A stretch of DNA of 64,000 nt, taken from Narcine bancroftii. Lineage: Eukaryota. The stretch covers positions 94,178,001 to 94,242,000 of the forward strand of contig NC_091475.1 of NCBI RefSeq assembly GCF_036971445.1. Reading direction: 5' to 3'. Every line of letters begins with the position of its first letter. The stretch's first letter is position 1. Made by a program: the position numbers and the translations under genes. This document shows positions 1 to 11,249 of the stretch, one piece after another. Under the pieces are notes generated by a model that was not told the DNA's origin, searched no databases, and worked only from the letters and a program-made list of their open reading frames with translations.

Positions 1-258
1 CCTTCCACTCACCCCCCAGAGAAAAGCCTGTTTAACTCTCTCTGTTTTAAAAACCACATGATTCCCCTTAGAACAGCAAGCTGCCATCAGACAGCCTGCG
101 GCTCCAGACCTAAACGTCCTAATTCTTTCATATGTTGCTTTTGAAAACAATAATCCATCAATAAAGTCTCTTGGGCACTCTCAAACGTTTTTGCAAAGGC
201 ATGCTGAGCCAGCCTGTCTGGCTTGAGCAGAGCCCCAGTATTTTAAATATTCTGTTAC
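1..258 (-). mobile_element. Fragment of a long LTR-like repeat family (runs off the window edge)
   Basis: Reverse complement aligns by eye with 51740-51970 and 35776-35910 (tttaaaat..ctcaagccagac..cctttgcaaa..ggattattgttttcaaaagcaaca..gctgttctaag). Confidence 0.7.
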
Positions 259-284
259 AATATATTGACATTCATTACAAATGA

Positions 285-720
285 AATGATTCTCACTACC
301 TTGACTACACCTACTCCCAACTTGTCTTCTTTAAGGATACTGTATATTCCTCCCATTTTATTTTCCACCATTGCATCTTCTCTCAAGGTGAAGCCTTCCA
401 TTTCAGGGCACCTGAAAGATCCTCCTTTTTTTCAGCCATGTGGCTTTCCCCAACATTAGTCCCCTCTTACATTTCCTCCTTTTTAGTTTGGTCTTGCTCC
501 ACTTTTGTCCTGTCGTATTCTTCCACCTCACCAGCCTTTACATTCAGCACATCAAACTCAGTCAATTCCACAAGATGCATCCACTTGTTACAGGGGCCAC
601 TCCCTTGTCTGCTCACCAACCCCACCACCACCAACCCACCTGTTGTAATTCCCCTGAAACTGCAGGGAGTGCAACACTTGTTCTTGCACCTCCTTCCTCA
701 CTACCATTCATGGACACATT
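285..720 (+). mobile_element. Decayed Penelope-like element ORF fragment (RT thumb region)
   Basis: gattctcactaccttgactacacc reads DSH-YLDYT. Remnants resembling SQDEAFH..SSFF..GFP and VFFHLTSLYIQHI follow, typical of vertebrate Penelope RT. Confidence 0.6.
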
Positions 721-1224
721 TCAACAGTTTAAATTTAAATATTAAATTAATTTGACTTTAATACAAGAATGTGTCTTTCAGAACTGATGGATTTTATTCT
801 GTGTATATAAATTTCATTAGAAAATGTGCCAACAGTGAAGAGTCCGCACAAAAGTACACTGGAGTACAAAGTGGAAAATCCATCCATTACAAATTAATAT
901 GTGGAAAATAATACATGTAATTTCCTGGGTCATACACTTAGCATGACAAAGCTTCCTATCAGGATCAAACAAGCTAAGTCTTTGTTCTTAATTTTGCAGA
1001 CACTTGTTTCTGCAGTGGAATAAATCAGAATCCATATTTAGTGTTGACCAGCAAGTATTTCTTGGAAACACATTGAATCTGTCACAGTACATTTAACTAA
1101 TTGAACTTTCAAACCTTATTTTCTTATCAAGTTTCAATTGCTGCATTTAAATGCTAAACATGTGAAACAGCTCAATTACCTTCAATATGCCCAATTTTTT
1201 GAAGCAGAGTTCGCTGATGTAGTA

Positions 1225-1345
1225 TCACCATTAGTTGAGCTTCTGCCTCAGTTCACAAATCCATGATCTTAACCTTGGATGTTGTCTGTGTGGAGTTCGT
1301 TCTTTGTGAATGCATGAGTTCCTTTTGAAGCCAAACTTGGCCATA
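1225..1345 (+). mobile_element. Degenerate V-SINE fragment
   Basis: gtctgtgtggagttcgttctttgtgaatgcatgagttcc resembles the V-domain seen at 11041-11105. Confidence 0.45.
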
Positions 1346-1499
1346 CAATTGTGAGTGTATAGGGAACATACTGATTATGTCTGTTAATAAAGAAGTGGAG
1401 GATCTGATTGCAAAAGGGTTAAAGTCCTGGATCCGAGTTTGATTATAGGCTTTGCTGATATATTGAAGATATTGGTGAATATTATCTCACTTCAGCAGG

Positions 1500-2258
1500 T
1501 GTGACAGAGTATTTAGAGGTGGTTTGGGAGGAATTGCTGGAGTAGCTTGCATACAAACACATTTTAAAACACAATTTTTGCAGGACTTTTGCAGAATGCT
1601 TTTTGCAAAGAAAGCAACAAAGTTCCAGAATACAGCTTGCCTGGGAGAGCATGTGCTTTTTGCAGGCAGACTAAGAACAGTTTTGCTCTCAGAGAGGGAG
1701 GGTGTGAAACAGAGAAAGAAGGAGTCACAGTAATCTGTTCCAGAGGGACAAGCTGGCAAACTTTGGAAAGCTGCCTGGTCAAAGGAGAAGACTAGCAGTT
1801 TGAAAGGTGACCTGAAAGAGAGAGGATTATCTGGAGAACCCTGAAGGGAGTAAATTTCGTCAGCAAGTCTGATTGAGAAGGAATCAGTTGTGAGTGTCCT
1901 GGAAAAGGAATCTCTCTCTGAAAACCAGCAAGAACCCTCCAGAATGGTAACCATTTGTCTGTTAAGCACCAAAGAATGGTGAACTTCGTTAATGCTAATT
2001 TCTGTGCACAGTACAAGAATTGCCTGCAATCAGTAAGATTGGACTGTGATCTTAAATATACATTACACACACCTGTGCTTAGTATTAGAGTCGGGGGGGA
2101 TTAAGAGGGTTAGGTAGGTCAAGTAAGTTGATAGTAGTAAAAGTTTAATTCTGTGTTCTTGTTCAATTATAATTAAAGACTACTTTTGTTTAAGTAACCC
2201 TGTGTTGTGGTGCATATTTATTGTTGCTGGTTTTTGGGGTCCTCTGGACTCTATAACA
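1500..2258 (+). mobile_element. Solo LTR-like element (~760 bp), apparently inserted in a Rex1 LINE
   Basis: TGTGAC...TAACA termini. Homologous to 51630-52652 (ggaatcagttt/gtg, aatctctctctctgaaa, tttctgtgcacagta.aagaattgcc, ggtcctctgg). Rex1-like reading SLQQ|VSTCFKQ flanks it. No clean TSD. Confidence 0.65.
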
Positions 2259-3410
2259 GTATCCACCTGTTTCAAGCAAGCATTAAGAAAAATGTAGTAA
2301 CCTGCCTTAATGACTGACGACCAGTAACACTTGCATTAACAGTGATGGTGTTTTGAAGGCTGATGTAGAAGCATATCAGCTCCTGTGTGAGTGATGATAT
2401 GGATACGTTCCAGTCTCCTTTTGTAGCAACAGGTCTAGAGGATGCCCTCTCAATGGGTCTACACAACACCTTGGAATATCTGAACTGTAAAGATGTGCTC
2501 ATCAGAATGCTCTTTATCAACTATAGTTCAGCATTCATCACCATCATCTCCTCAAAACTGATCAACAGACTCAAAAACCTGGGGGTCAACACTTCACTGT
2601 GCAATTGGATCCTGGATTTTCTCATCTCCAGACCCCAATCAGCGAGGATTGGTAAGAACATCTCCTCCAATATCTCCATCAGTACCACAGCATCACTAGG
2701 CTACATTTTAGGTCCCTGCTCTACCCGCTTTACACTTAAAACTATGTAGCTTGGTATGACAAGAACACCATCTATAAATTTGCTGATGATGCCATGGTAG
2801 AGCATGGTATGAAGAAAGATGATGAGTCAGCATACAGGAGGGAGGTTGAAAACTTGGCTGAATGGAGCAGCAACAACAACCTTGCACTCAATATCACCAA
2901 AACTAAGGAGATGATTATTGACTTCAGGAAAGGAAAGCCAGAGGTATAGAATTCAGTGATCGCTGGGGGAATCACAGACGAAGAGGGTGAGCAAATTTAA
3001 GTTCTTGTGAGTCATTATCTCAGCGGATCTTTCCTAGACTCAAAACACTAATGGCATCATGAAGAAAGCAGGTCAGTGCTCTCCTTCCTTAGGATTTTAT
3101 GGGGGTTTGGTATGACACCAGAAACCCTGGTAAATTTTTACAGCTGTGTGGTGGAAATTGTGCTGACTGGTTATATTACAGTCTGGTATGGGGACATCAA
3201 TAACACTGAGTGTAAAGCCCAACAAAAGGTAATGGACATAGCCGAGGACATCACAGGCAAAACCCTTCCCACGATTGAAAACATCTACAGGGAATGTTGC
3301 TGTTGGAGAACAGACGACCCAGCACATTCCCTGTTCTCACTGCTGCCATCACGAATGTAGAAGAAAAGCCACAAGACTCACACCACCAGGTTCATAAACT
3401 GCTACCTCCA
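2259..3410 (+). mobile_element. Rex1/Babar LINE, RT and 3' region, decayed
   Basis: CLND*RPV, RMLFINYSSAF, LCNWILDFL.SRPQ, YKFADD, LTGYITVWYG motifs with stops and frameshifts. Confidence 0.85.
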
Positions 3411-3473
3411 TACCAGACAGTGATGCACCCGGTCAGAATGCTCTGCACGGTACAGCTGGAGAGATTTTCAAGA

Positions 3474-3931
3474 GAATCCACGCTGTTGAAGATCCAACTG
3501 CACTGGGTAGGTCACGTCTCCAGAATGGAGGACCATCGCCTTCCCAAGATCCTGTTATATGGCGAGCTCTCCACTGGCCATCGTGTCAGAGGTGCACCAA
3601 AGAAGAGGTACAAGGACTGCCTAAAGAAATCTCTTGGTGCCTGCCACATTGACCACCGCCAGTGGGCTGATATTGCCTCAAACCGTGCATCTTGGCGCCT
3701 CACAGTTCGGCGGGCAGCAACCTCCTTTGAAGAAGACCGCAGAGCCCACCTCACTGACAAAAGGCAAAGGAGGAAAACCCCGACACCCAACCCCAACCAA
3801 CAAATTTTCCCCTGCAACCGCTGCAACCGTGTCTGCCTGTCCCGCATCGGACTTGTCAGCCACAAACAAGCCTGCAGCTGACGTGGACATTTACCCCCTC
3901 CATAAATCTTCGTCCGTGAAGCCAAGCCAAA
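3474..3931 (+). mobile_element. RTE-clade LINE 3' fragment (young)
   Basis: QLHWVGHVSRMEDHRLPKILLYGEL..KRYKDCLK, a C-terminal CxxC..HxxxC motif, and the 3' end ataaatcttcgtccgtgaagccaagccaaag. Near-identical to 5281-5740. Confidence 0.9.
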
Positions 3932-4035
3932 GATATCAACATCCAAGAGGCAATTCCAAATGAATCAGAATCATATACCCATCAGCTATTGCAGACCTTG
4001 CAGGTCATATCCTATAGGGTGGTATGGTTAATGGA

Positions 4036-4118
4036 GGGGCTGGGCAGCATGTTTTGTGTAGCAGTTAGTGCAACACTATTAGCGCACCAGCGATCCGGGT
4101 TCGAATCCAGCATTGTCT
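4036..4118 (+). mobile_element. V-SINE 5' (tRNA-derived) half, interrupted by L1
   Basis: Pol III B-box GGTTCGAATCC at 4098-4108. The element continues at 11029 after the duplicated gaatccagcattgtct. Confidence 0.85.
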
Positions 4119-4500
4119 TTTTTTTAAAAAAAACTTTATTTAAAGATTTTATCACAAGAATAAAGAGAAAAATTACATTTAAAGAAAAGATTAAAAAATA
4201 AAATAATAAAATTACAATACAACATTAGTAACATAACTTAAATCCAACTACCCCCCCCCCAATAATCACAACACAACATTAATGACCTAATTTAAATCAG
4301 TCTAACCCCCCCCCCCACTTTATACGGCCACTAAAAAAAATAAAATATATATTAAAATAACCCACCCTTCCCCCCAAAAATAGAGTGGAGTTAGTAAAAT
4401 TAATAAAGTTATATAAATATAAAAAAAACACTCACCAACAAGAAAAATAATAATAAAAAAAAGAATAATCAAATCTAAAATATCACAGTTAAAAACATAT

Positions 4501-7500
4501 TTAAGTCAAACTTAATTGCATGTACTTAACAAATGGAGTCCACTTCAGCTTATAAAAAGACATCTTATCTTGAATTGAGAAAGATATCTTTTCCATAATT
4601 AAACAGGATTTCATCTCTAAACACCACCTATCCAAAGTTAATATATTTCTATCTTTCCAAGTAAGCGCTATACATTTCTTGGTCACCGCTAAGGCTAAAT
4701 AGATAAAAGAAATCTGATAATCATTTAATCCTAAGTCAATTAATGATAGCATATTCCCTAATAAAAATATATCAAGTTCTAATACAACATATATATTATA
4801 TAAACTATTAAATATAGATTGAATACCTTTCCAAAACTGTTGCAATCGATCACAAAACCAAACAGTATGTAAAAAAAGTATTAGCCATCTGATCACAGCA
4901 AAAACAACAATCTAACTTACTAAGACCAAATTTTTTTAATTTCTCTGGTGTTAAATATAACTGATGTATCCATATCATCAGATGCAAGGATCGACAATGA
5001 GATAGACAACAAACTCGCCAAGGCAAATAGCGCCTTTGGAAGACTACACAAAAGAGTCTGGAAAAACAACCAACTGAAAAACCTCACAAAGATAAGCGTA
5101 TACAGAGCCGTTGTCATACCCACACTCCTGTTCGGCTCCGAATCATGGGTCCTCTACCGGCATCACCTACGGCTCCTAGAACGCTTCCACCAGCGTTGTC
5201 TCCGCTCCATCCTCAACATCCATTGGAGCGCTTTCATCCCTAACGTTGAAGTACTCGAGATGGCAGAGGTCGACAGCATCGAGTCCACGCTGCTGAAGAT
5301 CCAGCTGCGCTGGGTGGGTCACGTCTCCAGAATGGAGGACCATCGCCTTCCCAAGATCGTGTTATATGGCGAGCTCTCCACTGGCCACCGTGACAGAGGT
5401 GCACCAAAGAAAAGGTACAAGGGCTGCCTAAAGAAATCTCTTGGTGCCTGCCACATTGACCACCGCCAGTGGGCTGATATCGCCTCAAACCGTGCATCTT
5501 GGCGCCTCACAGTTTGGCGGGCAGCAACCTCCTTTGAAGAAGACCGCAGAGCTCACCTCACTGACAAAAGGCAAAGGAGGAAAAACCCAACACCCAACCC
5601 CAACCAACCATTTTTCCCCTGCAGCCGCTGCAACCGTGTCTGCCTGTCCCGCATCGGACTTGTCAGCCACAAACGAGCCTGCAGCTGACGTGGATTTTTA
5701 CCCCCTCCATAAATCTTCGTCCGCGAAGCCAAGCCAAAGAAAAAAATTATAATTAATCATCGCTAATCTAGCATTAATCAATTTCTGAATACTATTTTGA
5801 CAAATTTCCATCCAGGCTTCTTCAGCTATTGTAGAACCTAAATCTTTTTTCCCATTTCAAATTATCTTTATCCCAATCTTTCTTACTTTTATTTTCTTGT
5901 AAAATACAATATAAATCAGATATATACCCCTTTTTTGGTATTGAAAGCACATATTTCTCAAAACTAGTTTCAGGCAATAGAATCATATGCCGGCCACATA
6001 TCTGTTTTACAAATGATCTTAACTGATAATACACAAATACAGAGTTTCCGCTAATACCAAATTTCCTTTGTAGTTCCTCAAAAGAACAAAAACATCCTTC
6101 AAAAAAACAATCTGATAAATGTTTTATTCCTTTCCTTTCCCATTGTTTTAAAATGATATTGGAGACTGTAAAAGGAACAAGTTGATTATTATATAATGTC
6201 AATCGCCCAGACCACTTATTTTTAAGCCCCAATTTATTAAGTTTACTCGTCCATAAATTCATTAAATGTTTCAATATTGGTACATCATAAGTTCGTAATA
6301 AATTTTTATTCCATCAAAACAAAAATTCATGTGGAAATTTTTCTAAAATGACTGCCATTTCTATCTTTGTCCAACTAGGCGGATCCTCCATATTCATTAG
6401 AGCACTAAGAAATTTAAATTGAGCTGCCTCATAATAATATTGAAAATTTAGTAATCTTAAACCTCCAAATTGAAAATCCCACATCAACTTTCTCATTGCT
6501 ACCCTCGGAAATTTTCCCTTCCATAAGAATTCTCTAACTGCTTTATATAAATCCTTAAAAAAACATTTTTTTTTAAATAAAAAATTGATTGAAATAAATA
6601 TTGTATCCGAGGAAAAATATTCATTTTTTATAGTATTAATCCTCCCTAAAAAACCTAAAGGTAAATCCTTCCACCTAATCAAATCTAATTTAATATTTTT
6701 TATTAAGGGAAGATAATTAATTGAATATAAATCTTGATATTCTGTATTAACATTAATTTCTAAATATTTAATTTGTTTAGTCCACTTCAAATTTGTAATA
6801 TTTTTATATCTTGAGTAATCATCTTTACAAATTGACAAAATGTCACTTTTGGCCCAATTTACTTTATAACCCAATAATTGACCATAATTTTCTAAAGATT
6901 CTTGAATTGCTAGTAAAGAAATATCAGGATCCACCAAGTATAATAAGACATCATCAGCAAATAAATTAATCTTATATTCCTCATTCAAAACTCTCATACC
7001 CTTAACATTTTCATTTTGATGTATTAATTGTGCCAAAGGTTCAATAACTATAGCAAATAAAGAAGGAGACAATGGACATCCTTGTCTAGTAGACCTTGTT
7101 AAATCAAAAGATTCTGAAATCTGCACATTGGTGCAACTCTAGCCTTCGGACTATTATATAAAGCCTTTATCAATCCAATAAATGAGGAACCAAAGCAAAA
7201 CTTCTCAAGTACTTTAAAGAAAAACTTCCATTCCACTCTATCAAAAGCCTTTTCTGCATCTAATGAAACCATTAATGGATAATTCATTTGAGATTTAGAT
7301 TTATTTATCAAAGTAATTAAATGCAAAATATTATCAGACGCATATCTATTTTTTATAAATCCTGTTTGGTCTTTATGTATTATTTTAGGTAAATATTGAG
7401 CTAATCTATTAGCCATAACTTTAGCTACAATTTTATAATCTACATTTAGCAATGATATTGGTCGGTAAGAAGAAACCTGTAAAGGATCTTTATCTTTTTT

Positions 7501-9054
7501 TGGTATAACTGTAATTATTGCATTAGAACAAGATTCAGGTAGTTGAAAAGTTTTATAGATTTTCTGTATTACATCCTTATAATAAAAGATATAATATCAA
7601 TATAAAAAAGTTTTATAAAATTCTATAGAAAACCCCTCTTCGCCAGGTGCCTTTCCATTTGGTATATCTCTTATCGCCATTTCAATTTCATTTTCTGTAA
7701 AAGATTTATCCAACTCTTGTCTATCTTCTTGATTCAGTTGTGGCAATTTAATATTTTTCAAAAAAGAATCTATTGCATCTTCAGTTACATCTTTACATTC
7801 AGAAGTATATAATTTTTTATAAAAATTACAAAATTCCTCATTAATTTCATTTTGTCTAAAAGTAATACCCGATTTCTTTCTAATTGCTGGTATAATCCTA
7901 GATAATTGTTCCTTTTTTAACTGCCATAAAACTTTATGAGCTTTCTCACCCCATTCATAAAACTTATGTTTAGTTTGATTCATTAAACATTCAAACCGTA
8001 TTCATTATATGTATTATATTAATTCATTATATTTAAATTTTAAATTAGTTAACTGATTCTTTTGCATTTCGGTAGCATTTTTTTGAAATTCTTTTTCAAT
8101 AACAGTTATTTTTTTCTCTAAATCTTCAATCTCTCTGATTCTCTCTTTCTTTACTTTAGAAGCATAACTAATAATTTGACCTCGTAAAAAAGCTTTCATT
8201 GCATCCCATAAAACAAACTGACTAGAAACAGAATTAATATTATTACTAATAAAAACCTCAATTTGTTTTTTTAAATAACTAATAAACTCTGGTTTTTGTA
8301 ATAGCATAGTATTAAATCTCCATCTTGGAGTTCTCTGAACATCTTGTGAACTCTGGTATTCTAATAATAGTAATGAATGATCTGAAACCCATCTAGCCTT
8401 ATAATCCATGGATATAACCTTATCCTGCAAATGTGTTGAAATTAAAAAATAATCAATTCTTGAAAAAGAATTATGGCGTGAGGAATAAAAAGAAAAATCT
8501 TTCTCTGTAGGATTAAATATCCGCCAAATATCAACTAAATTCAAATCTGTCATCATATTAGTCACTTGAATTGCCATCTTAGATTGCTTAATTACTCTTG
8601 GATACTTGTCCAATAAAGGCTCCAATACCACATTTAAATCTCCCCCAATCATCACATTAGAATTTGCTTGTCCAAGTAATAAAGACATATCCACAACAAA
8701 AGCTGTATCCTCAACATTTGGAGCATAAACATCAAGCAAAGTCCAAGCCTCATTAAAAATTGTACAAGTCAATTTTAATAATCTTCCACCATTTTTTTCT
8801 TCATTCTGTAACTGAAATAGTAGATTCTTGTGTACCAAAATTGCCACTCCTTTCGCATTTGAATTAAATGAAGAATAAAAAACTTGTCCAACCCATTCAC
8901 GTTTAAGTTTCAAATGTTCCTTATCTGTTAAATGAGTTTCCTGTAAAAACGCCACATCAACTTTTAATTTTTTTAAGTAAGCAAGTACTTTCTTATGCTT
9001 AATAGGATTATTTAAACCCTGAACATTAAGAGAAGCGAACTTTAACTTAGACAT
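4501..9054 (-). pseudogene. L1 ORF2 (APE endonuclease, RT, Cys-rich C-terminus), frameshifted and split by an RTE insertion
   Basis: SLNVQGLN, FLQETHL, GGDLN, SRIDYFL, SDH (endonuclease); LDAEKAFDRVEW, RQGCPLSP, LFADD (RT); FLHTVWFC near the C-terminus. Confidence 0.93.
4970..5742 (+). mobile_element. 5'-truncated RTE LINE nested in L1 ORF2, reading frame intact
   Basis: Open frame ISSDARIDNEIDNKLAKANSAFGRL...LLFGSESW...QLRWVGHVSRM...CSRC..HKRAC. The L1 frame NYNF|IHQLY rejoins across it. Confidence 0.93.
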
Positions 9055-9411
9055 TTCTTACAACAACGCAAACAAAAAAAGAAAAGAAAAAAAAGAAAAA
9101 CAGGAAAAGAGGAAAAAAAAACCCTCCCCTTATCCCCTCTTAAAACTACAAGAAAAAAAAAGAAATTAATTTTTCTTTAAAAAGAAATAATTAAAAAAAC
9201 TTTACTCATAAATCCAGAAATTAGAAAAAAAAATAGGTAAGAGGTTACAATTACCTCCTCCTGTCTTAACCGCTCAATGCGGTAACTCCCACAAAATATT
9301 GGGTGTGAGATAACTCACACGTAGCTGATGACTTCTGGAAAATAATGCCCACCCAGCTCCCTCTCCCAACTCCCATTTCACATTAAACCATCATCATTAT
9401 CTAAAATCTTC

Positions 9412-10890
9412 TCAGAAAAAAAAATTAATCAACTTTGTCACTCCGACCACCATTGCTTCCATTTCTTCTTGAAATTCGACTCCCATCTTGCATCTCCACT
9501 CTCTTTGGAGACCGTGGGGTCTACGTTGTTCCTGAAATTGCGTAATTAGTAATGATTGAGCAAAGTCCATAGCTTCCTTAGGGTTATCAGAAAATTTTGG
9601 TTGATATCCATCTTGAAAAATCTTCAATACTGCAGGGTATCTAAATGTTGCTTTGTATCCTTTTTTCCATAGCACTTCTTTCACAGGATTAAATTCACGT
9701 AATTGAGACATAACTTCTTGACTTAAGTCCGGATAAAAAAAAACACAATTATTCTGAACCATCAAAGGAGATCTATTTTGTTGCGCATTTCTAATAGCCA
9801 CACGCAAAATTGTCTCTCTATCATAATAGTTTAAACAACGAACCAGAACATGACTTGGATTCTGTCCTGGAAAAGGCTTTCTTCTCAAAGCTCTATGAGC
9901 ACATTCCAATATTAAGCCTTCCGGGAACTTATCTTGTCCTAACACTTGTGGAATCCATTCGATAAAAATTTTTCTTGGATTTGGTCCTTCTATATCTTCT
10001 GGCAAACCAACAATTTTTACGTTGTTCCATATAGACTGATTCTCAAAATAGTCAACCTTTTTCGCTAAATTTTTATTCTGGATTTGTAAAGTTTCAATTG
10101 TTTTATTTACGTCTTGTAATTGATCTTATACCTTGGTCACAAACATCAAGTCTTTCATTCGTTTCAAGCTTAAAAGCTCCATAATCAACCATCTGTTGAG
10201 TATTAATATCCACCAAGGTATTAAGCTTAGTGTTAACGAACTAAAGATTTACCTATCTCTTTTATTGAAGAAGATAACTTAAATTCAAGATTCTTAATAA
10301 GCATATCAAATGGAATAGATTCAGGTACAATAGGATCCTGCTGTTTCTGAATAGCCAAAGGGTCTTCCATTCCTTCCCTTAGTTTAACTGCTTTTCTTGC
10401 AGTATGACTACGTGTAGAAACCCCTGCCACAACTTCCTCAGCAGTATCAGAGGACTGATAGTCAGGGTTGTCCTTAACCCATATTATATCAAGAGCCTTC
10501 GTTATATCAAAATCTATTGAAGCCTTCATAACTGGTGGTGCACTTCGCAGCGCCACCGCTACATCGATCGGTGGACGGCTCTTTAAAGTCGGACCTTCAG
10601 CTGGCGGCGTCCCAGCTGTCAAAGGTTCAGTGACAGCACTCATAGTGGGCGTTGATTGAAATACACTTGCCTGGCTAGCCCTTTGTTCCAAAGGCTGCCG
10701 GGCGCCATCTTTAAAGAGCCCTACCAGTAAAGAGCAGAGCTCCGTTGCCGAGTCTTGCACTTCTCCTGGATCCATTCCACGCTGAGTCCTGGCTTCTTGT
10801 AAACAGGTAGGCTCAGATAACTTCGGGAAATACAGTTTCTTAACGATCTGTTGCCATTTTTTAAAACTTTTTTTTTAACAATTGTACCAT
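9412..10890 (-). pseudogene. L1 ORF1 (low-complexity N-terminus, coiled coil, RRM/CTD), disrupted
   Basis: NNVKIVGLPEDIEG, LECAHRAL, FYPDLSQEV, FRYPAVLKI motifs. Confidence 0.88.
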
Positions 10891-11028
10891 TAGAAGCTAA
10901 TTTAAAACCTCTAACTATTTATAAACTTTTAAAAAAGTTTTAACGGGCACTTATAGACAAAACAATAACAAAGAGTCAGGAGAGGACTGGAAGGCACGTC
11001 TATTCCTTACGCCATCTTGCCACACCCT

Positions 11029-11205
11029 GAATCCAGCATTGTCTGTAGGAAGTTTGTATGTTCTCCCTATGCATGAGTGGGTTTCCTCCGGGTGCTCTGG
11101 TTTCCTCTCACCCCTCAAAATGTATGAGATTTGAAGGTGAATTGGGGCCGGAAGGGGCTGTAACTGTATGAATGTCTAAATTTAATTTTGCATTTAAATT
11201 TAAGT
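11029..11205 (+). mobile_element. V-SINE 3' half
   Basis: V-domain gtttgtatgttctccc..gtgggtttcctccgggtgctctggtttcct followed by an AT-rich tail. Confidence 0.85.
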
Positions 11206-11249
11206 TGAAGCCGATCATCATAAGTGGCTGTGATGCTTCACTCCCTGAT

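Larger units (their letters stand above)
4119..11028 (-). mobile_element. Full-length L1-clade LINE (5'UTR, ORF1, spacer, ORF2, 3'UTR, polyA)
   Basis: Perfect 16-bp TSD gaatccagcattgtct (4103-4118 and 11029-11044). AATAAA plus A-tail at the 4119-4140 end. ORF1 and ORF2 remnants are in the correct order. Confidence 0.95.

Noticed and set aside
3294-3881. 195-aa ORF as a novel gene
   Set aside because: Chance in-frame fusion of Rex1, antisense Rex1 and RTE fragments.
4036-4110. tRNA gene suggested by a perfect B-box
   Set aside because: No cloverleaf; it is the tRNA-derived head of a V-SINE.
9296-9346. CTGATGA-cttctg-GAAA hammerhead-like string, antisense to L1
   Set aside because: The cleavage position would be G, stem I does not close on the core, and stem II is a single C-G pair.
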